The notes: a model not told the origin generated them from the letters alone. 38,433 nt of DNA from Octopus bimaculoides (GCF_001194135.2 NC_068992.1:45791202-45829634); one strand, 5' to 3'. Shown: positions 1-10,559, counted from the stretch's first letter. Made by a program: numbers and translations.

Positions 1-113
1 ATATATATGTCCGACACCAATGTAGGTGCCATTTTATATTCCTTTAGACATAATGATTATTATACATGCCATCTAGATGACAAATACATTCAACAAGCAT
101 GAGTTTTATTTAG

Positions 114-197
114 GAATAGTCTTAGTGAGCCGGTGGAGCTAAAGATGTGGGATACAGACAGTGTTGCAATAGCTGTTTCAATTGTTTGCCATTTGTT
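114..197 (+). CDS. Candidate internal coding exon of an unidentified gene (NSLSEPVELKMWDTDSVAIAVSIVCHL)
   Basis: Acceptor gagttttatttAG|G at 112-113 and consensus donor GTAAGT at 198. The exon is 84 nt, only one of three frames is open, phase 2-2. No family recognised. Confidence 0.45.
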
Positions 198-1266
198 GTA
201 AGTTAATGGCTTACAACAATTTATGCCTGGTGTATGTTTCATCCTCTTGTTTGGCAATATGCTTCTCAGGGCTCTATATTAGTGTATATGTGTGTGCGAA
301 TGTGTGTTTGAGTATATATATGTGTGTGTGTGTGTCTGGATGTGCATATTTATGTATATAGTGCGCGTGTGTGTGTATGTGTATAGATATAAACTTGAAA
401 TAAATGCATGCTATACGCTCCATAGATGTAGAACTTACATGTATCCATGGGAAGGTAGCAAGCTTACACAACATAAACCAATGTGCACATATACAGAAAT
501 ATATATCTACACAGCCATACACTCAGCGACACAACACACACATACATAAATACACACACACGCACGCACACAATCACGTACGCATATATACATACATGTG
601 TGCGCGTGTATGTATGTGTATATATTAATATTTACAAACATGTAGAAAGCTCTCATCCGTAGGATATTACAAAAAATATTTACTTTGAATAAATCCATGT
701 GTTTCAGAAGAAGGATTATTGTTGGAAACAATGAAACGTTTCACCAAGCATAGTAATACACGAAGCTTGGAATTGTTATTTGTGCTTTTGAATATAAAAT
801 AAATAAATAAATAAAATTTGCTGTTGTTGTTGTTGAAATCAACTTACGAGTGGATATGGATATTTCATTCAAGATCAGTGAGAAAGAAAACATTTATGGA
901 GAAATGTTTGGTAACATCAAATACTTTATCAGACTATTATATTAAATATGTACATGTAACCATTGGTGACCTTGGTCATGTTATTTAAGTGTTTAAGCTG
1001 GAGTTTTCAAGCAAACAAGACTGTAATAGACGACGTATTTTCAAATTAACTCCATGAAAGCAACAGTGGATATATACAAGACAACATATATTTTTCGACG
1101 TATAAATTTTTCAGTTGTTTTCTAAATTCCTAAGGGAAGGTTTCGAATCTTCGTTCTAGAGTAGCACCAGGCGTTTTAGAGGAATTTTTAGAATTAAAGA
1201 TAGAGAGAAATCTCACACATACATACACACACACACACACATTCACGCATACACATACACACACAC

Positions 1267-1301
<35 letters not shown>

Positions 1302-2808
1302 GACACACACACAAATACGTACATATATTCATATTACCACTACTATAGCTGCTGGTGTAGATTAGTTGACGTACAGGATTTTTTCCCAAACGACTCACCA
1401 TCATCAGGATACATAAAAATAAAAACTAATTCATTAGCTATTGAAGTAAATGGCATTGTTATACAAGAACTAATACATTCAGATCTTGACATTACCGCTC
1501 CATACCTGATTCGAAGTCCCACACATTCTAGAGCAGGTTTCTGCATTCAGTTATTTATATGCACAAAAGTAGAAAAATGGATAAATTTCGGAATCTACAG
1601 TCACCGCCATATTAATTTATACTTAAACACCACTGGAGTGAACAAATGTTTCACAGAACACACCTAGTACTTCAGCTCGAACATTAACCAAACCCATTAT
1701 TTACGATGGTATGCTTCTGAGTTGTCTCCAGAAATTTAACATTAAAAAAATGAATTTATTCAACCAAATAAAAGCAAAATCTTTATCTCCTCATCAACTG
1801 TTCTTTGTATCTTGTTCATTACATAATGTCTCTATCAAACACTGTACCTGCTTACTTTATCGATACAAAAACAAACATCAACCTTATTACATGATAGATA
1901 ATGTTAATTTCCTGTGTCTAGTAATTCACGCGTTTTTCACTCAAAAAAGATAATTGAAAAAGATAATTTAATTATTTTGAATATTCATTTACTCTTTAAA
2001 CTCGACAAAGATACACTGATGAGGAATGAAAAATCTGAAACCATCATCTGTCGAGGGTAGGAAATGAAAATCAAAGTCCAAACAATTATAACTTTAACTT
2101 CGTTGTCCGTCTGTTTTTGGTTGTGTATAGGCATGCATGTGTGTGTGTGTGTGTGCGTTCGTGCTTTTGTATGTACACACATAGACATGTGCATACTTAT
2201 ATTCAGTGCTGACTGAAACAAAGAAAACAAAACTAGATGTTCATTAATCAGAAAAAATATATATATTTCAGAAAAAAATTAAAAGGAAACGAAGTTTATA
2301 TCAAGTCTATTACATTTGCATGTAAGGGATGTGTAAATGTAAGGAACGTGTAAACAGATAATTATGCAAAAACTTTTATTCAGCAACTTATAACACAGCT
2401 CGACTTTCGGATAAATTTTTTTTATATAATTTTCCTACCACTTGATTTATAAGTTGTTTTAAAATTCCACATCACAACTGAGTTACAAATAACTAAGTTA
2501 CAGATTAAATCTCTCATATACCACCATTGTTATCTTCAAATAACGATATTAGTTAATAGAAGTAATAGCCATGGCAAGACTCTTCTACTACTAAAAGAAC
2601 TTCACACATGTACATAAAGACATACACGCACTCACTAAGTAATTACTAGAAATCTAATCATCATAATCCGTAAAGACAGGGTTCACGAATCCCACATGCT
2701 TCAATAGCACATGGACGGACATTAGGAAACGCATATACTTTTCACAAATAATCTAGATTCTTCTCAGTAATCTCATCCAAATACACCTTAATATTACAGA
2801 GCTACACA

Positions 2809-3026
2809 AAGCGGTGAGCTGACAAAATCGTTAGCACGCCGGTCGAAATATTTAGTGGTATTTCTCCCGTCTCTACTTTCTGAGTTGAAATTCCGTCGGG
2901 GTCGGTTTTGTCTTTCATCTTTTCGGGGTCGATAATATGAGTACCAGTTGAACACTGGGGTCTATTTAATCTACTTAACCCTATCCCAAATCTGCTAGGC
3001 TTGTGCCAAAATTTGAAACCAATATT
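2809..3026 (+). mobile_element. tRNA-type SINE, family A (central ...tttcatc(c)tttcggggtcgataa..gagtaccag domain)
   Basis: Head gcggtgagctgacaaaatcgttagc, ctgagttgaaattcc B-box-like motif, conserved central domain and short AT tail. Homologous copies occur at 4765-4982, 10560-10680 and 21367-21550 in this window. Confidence 0.85.
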
Positions 3027-3759
3027 ACAAAACCATACACACAGAGTTTTGTTTACTGAAACCTCTCAAGCGGACATATTTAATACAGATACACTGTCTA
3101 ACTTGCAACCATAGTATGGAGAGTATAACAATCTGATACACCAAGATTTGCGTTTGATCCCAGGCTGTGATTGCGTTTGATCCCAGGAAGTTAACGGATA
3201 GGTAGAAGCCCAAAGATTATGTGGGCTACTTGTTGATGCCTGGCGATGTCGTTGAGTAGGATGAAACACGGTCGATAACGATAAAATATGAAATCTCATC
3301 GTCTGCTATGCCATGAATATTGTAGTCTGAAGAGATCTTCTTTCTGGGGGAAACCTTATTAAGGAGAAAATTCTTATAAGAGTAACACGCATATTTCTGT
3401 TGTAATCTGCCAGAAGATATTAAGAATAATTATGATAAACATCGTTTCCAATTTTTTATCAGTTTCACAAATATCACTGATTAGTAAACAGTTTGTTTGC
3501 TGAAATTATAAACAAAGCCACTTGATTAGGCTTACTGGTCCGAGTAAATCTGGCTGATGAAACACATGTCGAAATATTAGGGCCTCGGAATAAGCCGAAT
3601 CTGCTAATAACACATACATATCGTAAAATCGAATTGTTCGCTTGTGACGTACACAACAGAGACTAGCATATTCGTGTTCAGATCGTTTCGGAAGTCGTTA
3701 TCCACAGCGTAAATAACTATTTATTATACATACGTATTATATATATATAAATATACACT

Positions 3760-3764
<5 letters not shown>

Positions 3765-3797
<33 letters not shown>
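3765..3797. repeat. (TG)n microsatellite
   Basis: Direct reading of sequence. Confidence 0.95.
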
Positions 3798-3798
<1 letters not shown>

Positions 3799-4764
3799 AT
3801 TGTGTTTCTGTATGTATATACGTATAACCGCACATGCACAGACACATGTACACCACTTTCTACTGTTATATATCATTTTCTGATTTTTCCTTAAGAATAC
3901 TTATCTCCTCTATTACTGCACCCGTTTTTATTTCTGCTTTATTTTTAATCCTGGCCCGTATTTCCTCATCAGCTGCTCCTGTTGTTTTACTGATACCAAA
4001 ACACACGAACATATATAACATATATATCGTACATAAACCCTACTTCCATATAAAAACATATATGTGTATGTGTTTTCGTGTGTGTGTACGTATTCGTATA
4101 TCTATATATCTATATATCTATCTATCTATATATATATATATATATATATAGATATACACTCACATGCAGACATCCCTATATAAATGTATGTGTGAATATA
4201 TGCATATATATACACATATGTACATATATATTCTGTATATTTTATATTTTCCTCTTTAAGCGTGAATGAAATTTGGTGTATAAATGTATGTGTGTCTGTA
4301 TGCATATGTATCTATACGTATATATCAATTTATATATTATATATACGTCTCTCTTTCTCTCTCATCTTGTGTGTGTGTATGTATGCGTGTGTGTATGTAT
4401 GCGTGTGTGTATGTGTGCGTGTTTCTATGCTGTTGTTTGTGTTTCTCATCTGAGTGAAGAAAGATAAAATGTCCATTTTCAATATATCACTGATACTATG
4501 AATATCTGAATCGATTTTTTTTCTTTTCGTCTGTCGCTTCACGATAACATCTCCAGAAAGAACTAACCAATGACTGCAGAGTTTAGGAAAAATGTAGTAA
4601 TAATAATGTTCTTTCTACATTGCGCCTCGAATTTCTGAATATTTATGCATACCATAACGGCTTAAAGCAAATATTGTAGTTTGAGAGAACTTCGTGTAGA
4701 ATGTAAAAGAAATCACCAATAGCAATAACCAAAGAGAATAAAAGATAATAAAAATACAATAATA

Positions 4765-4982
4765 TATAATCCTGTCTACTGTAAGTAAAAGGCCTGAAAT
4801 TTGGGGTAGGGGACAAGTCGATTACATCGACCCCAGTGTTTCAATGGTACTTAATTCATCGACGCCGAAAGGATTAAAATCAAAGTCGACGTCAGTGGAA
4901 TTCGAACTCAAAACGTAGCGGCAAGGGAAATACCGTTAAGCATTTTGTCCAGTGGGTAACGATTCTGCCAGCTCACTGTCTT
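4765..4982 (-). mobile_element. SINE family A copy, reverse orientation
   Basis: The reverse complement gives gagctggcagaatcgtta...ttttgagttcgaattcc...gtcgactttgattttaatcctttcggcgtcgatgaattaagtacca, which aligns by eye with 2809-3026. Its tail matches the 21367 copy. Confidence 0.85.
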
Positions 4983-5429
4983 CGTAATAAAAAAAACACA
5001 AAACAATCCACAAGTTTAAAATCACCACAAAAAATATACCCGAGAATTAAATCTATCAACAACAACAAAAGACACAGACCAATACAGATCTGTTAACCGG
5101 AAGAAGTTTTGTTACGAGCAATGTTTTCATTCAGAGAACTCGGAGGTGGTGTTATCTCAAAAAATTAACCCTATACAGACAGAACCGTCCCCTAATGTCA
5201 ACGTTTAAGCTCGTCATGCCTCAATGATAACAAAGCAAATTCAAACCGAATTCAAACCCGGACCACCAAGGGCCGTGTACCCGAGTGAACCAGATTGAAT
5301 ACGAATAATCAGCTACTTGGTGAAATCTTCCCGAAACACAGGAGCTGGAAGTACCCCACAATCAGAATATTCCAACAAATGGCCATCCATGCTCGTCATC
5401 AAATAACCAAAAGAAAAAGAATGAAAAAT

Positions 5430-5482
5430 GAACAAAATAAACACGACTGGAAACAATACCTCTGCCTTGGCGAAGGCGGAGG
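5430..5482 (-). mobile_element. Possible terminal fragment of a Helentron-associated (HINE/DINE-like) non-autonomous element
   Basis: Minus strand reads cctccgccttcgccaaggcagaggtattgtttccagtcgtgttt. It has a 10-bp-stem hairpin and resembles the cctccgcc...aaggnggtt(a)tgtttt ends of HINE-type elements as I recall them. No other end was identified. Confidence 0.4.
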
Positions 5483-5545
5483 AAATAATAATGATAATAA
5501 TAATAATAATAAGAAGAAGAAGAAGAATGATGATGATGATGATTA
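5483..5545. repeat. Compound trinucleotide microsatellite (AAT)n(AAG)n(GAT)n
   Basis: Direct reading; abuts the 3' end of the LINE at 5545-5958. Confidence 0.9.
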
Positions 5546-5958
5546 TCATTGCCTTTGCACAGCATCTAACGCTGGAGATGTACTACAATGTCAGCTGTTC
5601 ACAGCCGGTGAACTAAGGTAACACCTCTTATTTTTCGAGCACCTTCCGGAGTATTCGAGCGGTTCTAAGCAGTGCTGCCTCTGTTTGTTCCACGTCTCGA
5701 GACTTTTGCTCACTGTTCCCAGGGTACAGTTATTGGTACAACTGCTACCTTTTTCATAGACCATAACTGCTTAATTTTCAAAGCTAACCTGTCATATTTC
5801 TCAACTTTTCTTTCTTCCTTATCGCATACCTTGTTGTCAGTTGGGTATACTATATCTATGATCCAGCACAGTTTGTTTTCTTTCTGAATTAAGACTATGT
5901 CTGTCTGGCTTCCTATTCTCTATCTCATGGTCGCATTGAATCATAAAATCCATAGCTT
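5545..5958 (-). mobile_element. 5'-truncated R4/Dong-like non-LTR retrotransposon: restriction-like endonuclease C-terminus plus 3' UTR
   Basis: Minus-strand translation with frameshifts: ...DFMIQCDHEIENRKPD/IVLIQKENKLCWIIDIVYPTDNKVCDKEERKVEKYDRLALKIKQLWSMKKVAVVPIT../GTVSKSLE../ALLRTARILRKVLEK*. This has the PD-(D/E)xK-type RKPD..IID core and the LLxTARILRKVL terminus typical of the R4/Dong clade, and ends in a trinucleotide tract. Confidence 0.85.
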
Positions 5959-5984
5959 TAATGCTATGTTCGCATCCAATAAAT

Positions 5985-6358
5985 TATTGGATGCGAACAC
6001 AGCATTTTCAGTGGGATGCCTTCCGTGTTCATCAAACCTGAGAACACAAGACTCTTTTGCGGGTATACTTTCAAGATGAGGTTTATAGTGCAAAACTGGC
6101 AATAGTCAACAAGCTGAGGGGAGACACTGCACGAGAAGGTGCGCAAATACTGAACGAAATGGTTCTTGATATTTGCGAATCTATTGCTTCGTATTATCAG
6201 CAGTAGCTAGACCAAAACCTTCATGTTTGCAAAAGGGCGTTTATTATGATATTAAATTCGTATTTAGATTCTATTAAATTTTGAAAATGAAATACGTTTT
6301 AATAAACATTGACTTAATAATTATTCAATGTGTGTATACATTTTTCAAGGCATCATGC
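5985..6358 (+). mobile_element. Tc1-like DNA transposon 3' fragment (degenerate transposase C-terminus plus right end)
   Basis: Frameshifted LLDAN..PCSSNLRTQDSF / YFQDEVYSAKLAIVNKLRGDTAREGAQILNEMVLDICESIASYYQQ*LDQN matches the Tc1 'PPRSPDLTPLDFFLWGYLKDKVY' region. Nucleotide similarity to 11989-12300 (minus) is visible by eye. Confidence 0.75.
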
Positions 6359-7180
6359 TTTTATCCATCGATAGCAACATTATATTTACTTCTCCTCTAT
6401 ATAATATATATAAATCGGTAACCTTTATAGAAAGCCCGCTCCTGAACCAGACGACAGTCTAAACATTTATTACTGTATTTCTTCCCTTCAAGAGAAATCA
6501 AATTCCACACTACAAGCTGATTAAACAATGCTGCTACTATTTACACAATGTATTTTACAACCTTACGTACAACTGTATAAATACAAACATTGAGAGCTTT
6601 CATCACTGACTACAAACACCGAACTGATTACAGTGATACAAAATGGTTTTCTTCTCTGGTTGTCTGGTATCTTTCTCATATGCTAACTGTGCCCTTTAGA
6701 TTGTCACGCATTTCATTGAATTCCAGCAACTAGCAGGAAGTGTGGAAATTTTACGTTTCATAAATGTTCTTATTTCTCTTTTGTAGCATAACCTTTTTAT
6801 CTTCAGATATTTCATTCATTTTCTTAAAGATTTCGATTGTCTTCGCTCTTGTTCAATAGCTTAACTTTTTGAATGTGAAACACTCAATTTGTTTTGTTTT
6901 AGTTTCTTTTTTTTTTTTGTTATGTTACAGATTTATGTTGTGTCTTTGATTAAAGTCGTTCAAAATCTAACACTCACCCAAACACATATTTTGACAATCA
7001 GAACTCAAAAATATTTGTAATGAAATTCCTCACAAATGGTAGGTGAGTCATTTTTAACATCCCTTTGACAGTGTTTCGTTACAAATTTAGCATATTTTGA
7101 CGTATCTTCTATCGTTTTGATATATTTAAAAATATCTTGCTGTAATTTAACCTATTTTGTTAAGTTTTAATACACTTTGT

Positions 7181-7220
7181 AACATATCCTAACATATCCT
7201 AACATATTCTAACATTTACT
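7181..7220. repeat. 10-bp tandem repeat (aacatatcct) x4, decaying
   Basis: aacatatcct aacatatcct aacatattct aacatttact. Confidence 0.85.
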
Positions 7221-7499
7221 TTCATTTTGTTACATTGTGTTGCGTGTTGTTACATTGTTATATCATGCTACAATGGGTAAGAATTTATTTCCGTATTTTA
7301 ATAATTTTTTGTATCATATTTTACTACACCCTGTTATAAAGTATTACGTTGTATCACATCTGCATTTGCTTTCCATATTTTTTGCAGCAAGTTTCAATGC
7401 TGATTTCGATATACCACTTTAGCCCATCCGTTCAAATCGGGCTGCTTTATACCGATAATAAATATTAGTTTGTTAGTTTTAAGCAACATTTAATGTGAC

Positions 7500-8050
7500 G
7501 AACAACTATCCATTTCTGTTGCTTAAATAAATGCCAACCTTAGCCGACAAACCCATTATCAGAGAATTTTTGCCGTGATTAACCTTTTATTTACTCCAAC
7601 TTAGTAAATTTTCTTTGGCTTTTATATGTCTCTTGTGGTCATAGAAATTCTCGTTGGCACTCGGAAATGCTCACTGCAGTCTATTTTGGTAGCATGCTGG
7701 CACGATACAGAAGAATCTTGTCAAGAACACGGGCCTCATAAACGTGGTAAGGAAATTCAGCAGTTTCTTCTACGGTAGGTCTCCCCTCTTTTCATCCCGT
7801 ATTGTCTAGAAGATAGACAATATAAGTATGATCGTAATAGTTGTCAAAACGAAGTTGAAATGAGGCCTCTAACTGCCCTGGGAACAAAGCTTTCTTCACA
7901 TCACGCCTTAACACGAGACATTTACGAATGATTTTTTTCAGAGATTTTTTGCTATATCTGGGAAATTTAGTCACCATCTGATGGTGCACCTATTGATAAA
8001 ATTCTAGTAAAGTTTCTGTTTCCTTGAACCCTTCTGGTATCCACTGAAAT
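7500..8050 (-). mobile_element. Probable degenerate hAT transposase C-terminus (KIAA1586/ZNF862-like)
   Basis: One minus frame with few stops: FQWIPEGFKETETLLEFYQ*...LEASFQLRFDNYYDHTYIVYLLDNTG*...RVLDKILLYRASMLPK*TAVSISECQREF. AVSISECQREF(S) resembles the hAT dimerisation motif PVSTAECERGFS. Recognition is by eye only. Confidence 0.5.
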
Positions 8051-8329
8051 ACTACTCATATACTAAGGCAATTTAAATTGTTACTAAAACTTCTAGTCTT
8101 TGCCTATTTATGAAGTATATCTTATCCGTATTATGTCGTACTTTATTCGTTTATTTCATTTAATTCTTTACTTTTTAAAATCAGTTTTATTTTCTTTAAT
8201 TTTTTTGTGATATATATAATTCTTTTATTTTCGAATTAGTTAATTCTATTTATCTGTTTTTATAAATTATTTTTTAATTCGACTCTGGCGTCATTTTATT
8301 GAGTGTTGTCATCATTTATATAGGTGTGC

Positions 8330-8367
<38 letters not shown>

Positions 8368-8919
8368 AATATTTTCTTCTATCCATTTTGTTGCTATTTT
8401 AAATTACTGTTCTCCTTTCTAAATACCATTAGTGAGAAGATTAGAAACCAATTCGCCAGTTTATCAATTAATTCCATTATAAACTCACTTGGAATTTGTA
8501 AATTTACACGAAGATTTCAAACCCACAACACTGTTAATCTTCTTCCTATTGAACTCTGCTTGTATGTGCAGATGTGTATCAGTCAGTCAGTAATTGATGA
8601 ACGATATATAAATATGTATAGCTAAATGTATATATGTGTGTATGTATTATGTATGTATTATGTATGTATTATGTATATATTATGTATGTATGAGCATGCG
8701 TGTGCGTGCGTACATGTGTGAGTGCGTGCGTATGTATATAGATACTGCCATTTGTTCTAATAGTGGTAGCTATAGTTACTAGCAGAGAGGTAGATTAAAC
8801 CAGCATTTCAACATTACCGCAGGGATAGACATTGTAAGTACTTCAGTAGGAGAAATATTAAGGTTACATACTGAATATGAATGTGTACATACATATCAAC
8901 CATAGCCGTTACTCAGAAG

Positions 8920-10075
8920 CAAGTATGAATTAATAGCATATACCATTCTTTCGACAATGATTTTAGATGCCTATAGAACAGCGTGCATACTTAGAAACTC
9001 TACATAAGCAGGTAAAAGAACTTATCCACATACAAGTATAAATACAAAATCCCTGCATCTCAGACAAACTGAGGAGTTGAGAACTCCGAATACGATACGA
9101 TCAATTTGATAACAAATTTAAGATTCCCATATCACGCCATTTCCTTCCAAATACACTGAGCAGTTTCATGAAACCTTTTGAAAATTTCTTCAAATCTCAC
9201 ATACTTTCAGGCAACACAGTGTATACAAATTAAATTCCTACTAATGCATAAACAAAAAAACTCCACCAACTGTAACATTATAAGCATGGAAGCGAAAGAA
9301 CCATCCTTCCAGCTAAAAATCAAAGACAATGTGGATTGCCTTCCTATGCGCCAGACCTGCATCACCATTAAGGATCATAAAGCTAATTTCGCCTACAATC
9401 TTTAGTGTAATGTAAATTATCGTCTTTAAAAAGTGAATTTGGAAATGTCAGCCAGTATATTCTCGACGGAATTAATTTTGGAAATTTATTCAGAAAGGCT
9501 ATGAAACTACAACAATGGAACAGCAGCACCGCCGTCATTAAACGGTTGAACACTGTGGAAGTCAAATGTTTCTGTAGATTCATTCAATTTGACATGTTAG
9601 ACTTTCATCAGTCGATCTCTAAATCTTTTGTCCCAGCAACCTCTCAATTCAGAAGAAATTTTACCACCATAGGTTTTCTCGACTTCAGGATAATAATCAA
9701 TACTAGGAAATCGGATTTATTCAATATCGATTCTTACAGTGTTAAAATTAAAGTAACCCACTATTTGTCGTTTCCTTGTGAAGTTACAAAAGAACTGAGG
9801 CTTACAATCTCATGAGATATTCATCTTAGAAGCCCTCCGAAAGTTAACAGTCTTATAGAAAATGAATGGCCACTTCATGGATAGATGTAGAAAAGACCTG
9901 ATATATGATATGCAAGCATTTCAATTTAAATATCACAATTAGCACCTAACAAACACTAGTTCACTTACTTCTCAAAAGCAGTTATATACAGAGCAACCCG
10001 AATACTCTCAGATGTTATTGGGAAAAATCGTGCGGAACTTAATTACAAAAGTCTTCAAGGTCTGATACTCTAAGC
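8920..10075 (+). mobile_element. Degenerate Penelope-like element (RT plus start of GIY-YIG), internally deleted
   Basis: Motifs LITNLRF, AKEPSFQLKIKDNVDCLPMRQTCITIKDHKANF (9361-9390), KSEFGNVSQ, QQWNSSTAVIKRL, CRFIQFDMLDFHQSIS, RKSDLF, LNITIST and AVIYRAT follow the order of invertebrate PLE RT-GIY-YIG ORFs. Confidence 0.85.
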
Positions 10076-10151
10076 ATTTACACTTATATAGGTTCAGGGA
10101 CATACGGACATACTATATACATACAACTGCTTACAAAAATAGAGATTAATG

Positions 10152-10215
10152 TATTGGGTTGTCCGGAAAGTTCGTGCCTATTCATAGTAGCTTACCTTTC
10201 GACTTACTTGCCATG
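10152..10215 (+). mobile_element. Mariner-type terminal inverted repeat fragment with TA target
   Basis: TA|TTGGGTTGTCCGGAAAGTTCGTGCC resembles mariner TIRs; no partner TIR was found. Confidence 0.6.
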
Positions 10216-10243
10216 AAACCACCTCAATTCTGGGAAGAGGTTA

Positions 10244-10252
10244 TATATATAT

Positions 10253-10308
<56 letters not shown>
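10244..10308. repeat. (TA)n/(CA)n microsatellite
   Basis: Direct reading. Confidence 0.95.
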
Positions 10309-10309
<1 letters not shown>

Positions 10310-10559
10310 CCTTCGTTCATTGCAAACCATATGATTCAGCATCTAGAATCTCCTTCTATAAGATAAGGATTGCTTTTCTTTCCTGGATGACCAGCAGTTG
10401 CTGGAGTATGCTAGTCTTGTTGGTTATTTTTCCATTCCACACTAACATTGTTGTCCAATGACATTATAGTTGTCACCAGAATACTAAGAGCCAGTTAGAT
10501 ACCCCAAGCCATGCCATCCGATACACGTACGAACGCTTATTCCAATCCACCAGCTAGCT

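Noticed and set aside
274-731. ORFs such as MCECVFEYIYVCVCVW... and similar VCVC/HTHT/YIYI/ERER ORFs throughout the track
   Set aside because: Translations of dinucleotide microsatellites; several also run through N gaps.
848-1020. Minus-strand GTAAGT donor at 847-842 as a possible continuation of the CUB-like exon
   Set aside because: All frames from the nearest good acceptor contain stops.
4497-4573. Minus acceptor followed by SLVSSFWRCYREATDEKKKNRFRYS* (or a second open frame)
   Set aside because: Two frames are open, there is no convincing donor, and it cannot be linked to other candidates.
6417-6720. Possible LTR-like or retroelement 3' segment (minus strand AATAAA, short EFNEMRDNLKGTVS frame)
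   Set aside because: No second LTR, TG..CA ends, PBS/PPT or diagnostic protein motif could be established.
6930-7042. Possible + exon ending at GTAGGT/GTGAGT (ELKNICNEIPHK or RSKSNTHPNTYFDNQNSKIFVMKFLTN)
   Set aside because: Three competing acceptors and frames; cannot be resolved without transcripts.
10330-10520. Possible minus-strand mariner transposase scrap
   Set aside because: Similarity too weak to call by eye.
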